A stretch of DNA of 64,000 nt from the human T2T-CHM13v2.0 reference genome, Homo sapiens. Both the position numbers and the translations under genes were made by a program. Below are positions 61,617-64,000 of the stretch, one piece after another. Below the pieces are notes generated by a model. The model was not told the DNA's origin. It saw only the letters and a list, made by a program, of their open reading frames with translations, and did not search any database. Each line of letters opens with the position of its first letter. The first letter of the stretch is position 1. The stretch lies in NCBI RefSeq assembly GCF_009914755.1, contig NC_060939.1; one strand, written 5' to 3'.

Positions 61617-62057
61617 TATTTTCTGTCTCTTTGTTGATATTCTCATTTTGCTCATGCATTGTTACCTTGAGCTCATACAGCATCTTTATGAGGGCTATTT
61701 TGAATTCTTTGTCAGGTAATTCATGTCTTTGTTTCTTTAGGATTGGTTTGTGAAGATTTATTTTGCTCCTTTCTTTGGGCCATGTTTCCCTGTTTCTTCT
61801 ACGTCTCGAAAGCTTTGTTGGGATCTGTGCACTTGACAAAAAAAGCCACTTCTTCCAGTCTTTATGAACTGGCTTTTGTAGTATGGAAAACCCTCACTAA
61901 TGAGCTCAGCTAGGGGTTCTGGGGGCCTCTGAAAACTTTGGGGGGGATACAACTTCTCTAGGCCAATGTATGCAATTTCTCAACTAGAGATGCTTGCTGC
62001 TTTCTTATTCAAGTGATCATAATCTCTTCCTTTCTCTGGTATCTGTCTTTAGCACTG

Positions 62058-62418
62058 TGATATGGTTTGGATTTGCGTCCCTGCCCAGATGTCATGTTGA
62101 ATTGTAACCTTCAATGTTGGAGGAAGGGCCTGGTGGGAGGTGACTGGATCATGGAGGCAGATTTCCCCCTTGCTGTTCTTGTGATAGTGAGTTTTTACAA
62201 GATCAGTTGTTTAAAAGTGTGTAGCATCTCCTCCTTCACTCTCCTCCTCCTTCTCCAGCCATGTAAAATGTACCTGCTTCCCCTTTGTCTTCTGCCATGA
62301 TTGTAAGTTTCTCAAGGACTGTACAGCCTGCAGAACTGTGAGTCAATTAAACCTCTTTCTTTATAAATTACCCAGTCTCAGGGAGTTCTTTATAGTAGTG
62401 TGAAAACAGACTAATACA
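62058..62418 (+). mobile_element. MSTA-like solo LTR
   Basis: tgatatggtttgg...ctaataca; TSD cactg/cattg. Confidence 0.85.
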
Positions 62419-62614
62419 CATTGCACGTTCTCTAGTTTTATGGCAGCAAGCCTCCCTGTTTTTGTTGTTCTCAGCAGCATCCAAAGTATGCTAGCCCCAA
62501 GTCAGGCAAGACAGATAGCAATCTCTCAGGCAGCCTTCCAAAAAGCTGGGATATTGTCCACATGCCCCACTCTTCTCTCTCCCTCCCAGAGGAGAAGCTG
62601 AGAGTTGGGGTGTC

Positions 62615-62715
62615 TTTTTTTTTTTTTTTAAAGACAGGATCTCACTCTGTTGCTGAGACTGCAGTGCAGTGGCACAATCATGGCCCACTGTAGCTTTGAA
62701 CTCCTTGGTTCAAAG
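62615..62715 (-). mobile_element. Truncated Alu fragment
   Basis: Poly-T followed by partial antisense right arm. Confidence 0.75.
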
Positions 62716-63889
62716 TATTCAAGGTATGATCGAATTAAACTTCTTCCCTCAAATCTTCCCAATTCCCCAAGTCAGAATTTATTCATTCATTCATCAAATA
62801 CTGAACAAGCACCTATTATGTGCTAGGTACTCTACTAGGTTGTCTGAGCTACGTTGTAGTTCTGATAACATTATAGAACTTCTCATCCCTTCCTATAGTC
62901 ATTAATATTTGCATATGCAATTTCTTCCTTCCTTAACTGTGTGCTTCTAGAGTGATGGAACTGTGTCCAGTTCACCTCTGTAACCCAGGCATCTGGACAA
63001 TGCTTTGGAAATAGTAATTAAAATGAAATACAAGAGTGCCAAAACAAACTCCAAGTGGCTAGAAGAAAAATGTCTCCTAAACCATCTGGGTTTGCTAAAC
63101 ATAACCAGAAAGACAACAGTACCTGATGATAATCAGTTGTCTTATAAATAACACCAGATCACAATTAATTAGCTTCTTTTATGCTTTTTTCTATTCTTGT
63201 TGGAAAATGTATTGACAACTATTTTTTAATCCCTTATTTAAAGGATACTAATAAGTCAGTGGTCCATATTTCAGTTACATGTACATCAAAACCAGTTAGC
63301 AAGAAAAATGAAAATACACTCAAGTGATTTTCAGAAACATAAAAATCACCATCACCAACCACCCCAAACCAGGAAACACTTCCTCCTTCACTCACTGCCA
63401 CAAACCCAGTTACAGCAACAGTAAGAATTGACAGCGATAAAATAAAGAGCCCAAAAGGAATGAAAAAACTCAGAAAGTGCCATGTATAAGAAAAAAAAGG
63501 TTCAAATGTGTTTGGCAAACTAATGTCCCAGGATCCCAGTTCCAAACTAAGCAAAATTCATGGGCAGAATAAACATAGAATGTGGTCAAATCCATTGAGA
63601 GATTAAAAGCTTTTCTGAGGTCAAGAAACCTTAGGTTACAACGAAGGTTATTCAAAGGGAACTAGGGCTTTATTATTCAAAGGGAACTAGGCTTTCAAAG
63701 AAGAAGAAAATGATCAAGGTATCCACAAGCTCCAGGCCCATGGTTGGTACTTAATAAATGAGAGCTATTATGAGGAGCTGAGAACTAACTCAAATGTCCC
63801 TCTTTTGTGATGTCTCAGGGAGGATCACTGAATATCTTTCTCTGTGCTCCCATAGTACTCTATACAGGCTGCTATCATATCATTTACTG

Positions 63890-64000
63890 TATGTACTAGG
63901 GTCCGAATGCTGTGTCCCTCCTAAATTCACATGTTGAAATATAATGTTTAATGTGGTGATATCTGGAGACGGGGCCTGTGGGAGGTAATTTGGTCATAAG
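63890..64000 (+). mobile_element. MLT1A/MST-like LTR, cut by the window edge
   Basis: gaatgctgtgtccctcctaaattcacatgttgaaat...ggggcctgtgggaggtaatt. Confidence 0.7.

Larger units (their letters stand above)
59172..62050 (-). mobile_element. Old L1MA-type element: poly-T, 3'UTR, ORF2 end, then ORF1/5' region
   Basis: ORF 60837..61028(-) VFNKLCWKNWISTCKRM; ORF 61525..61839(-) ELPDKEFKIALIKML (ORF1-like). Confidence 0.75.

Noticed and set aside
63234-63554. 106-aa hydrophobic ORF resembling a membrane protein
   Set aside because: Non-ATG start; hydrophobicity follows from the T-rich strand; no recognisable homology or convincing splice sites.

Overview
Primate (most likely human) genomic DNA, AT-rich and dominated by interspersed repeats. 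It is almost entirely intronic sequence of a large minus-strand gene. The only coding exon I can support is 233 bp at 29236-29468 (-), with canonical AG/GT ends. Its translation (VYVPDENNTILGRNTNKQVFEGLTTGLL...PFNNRVQDLI) matches my recollection of SCAPER. The rest comprises about 20 Alu copies or fragments, a full-length but dead L1PA5-like element nested in an older L1, a complete THE1A-like MaLR provirus, a near-full-length HSMAR2 mariner, Tigger/MER and hAT relics, LTRs, L2/MIR and old L1M fragments. I found no new multi-gene system. Most notable: (1) a perfect 133-bp direct repeat bracketing the exon, with an older ~200-bp local duplication beside one copy; (2) an L1 5'UTR deletion whose ends match a splice donor and acceptor, i.e. 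an L1 probably inserted from a spliced RNA; (3) an inverted Alu pair around the exon. Repeat subfamily names come from remembered consensus sequences, not a database search, and boundaries of old repeats are approximate.
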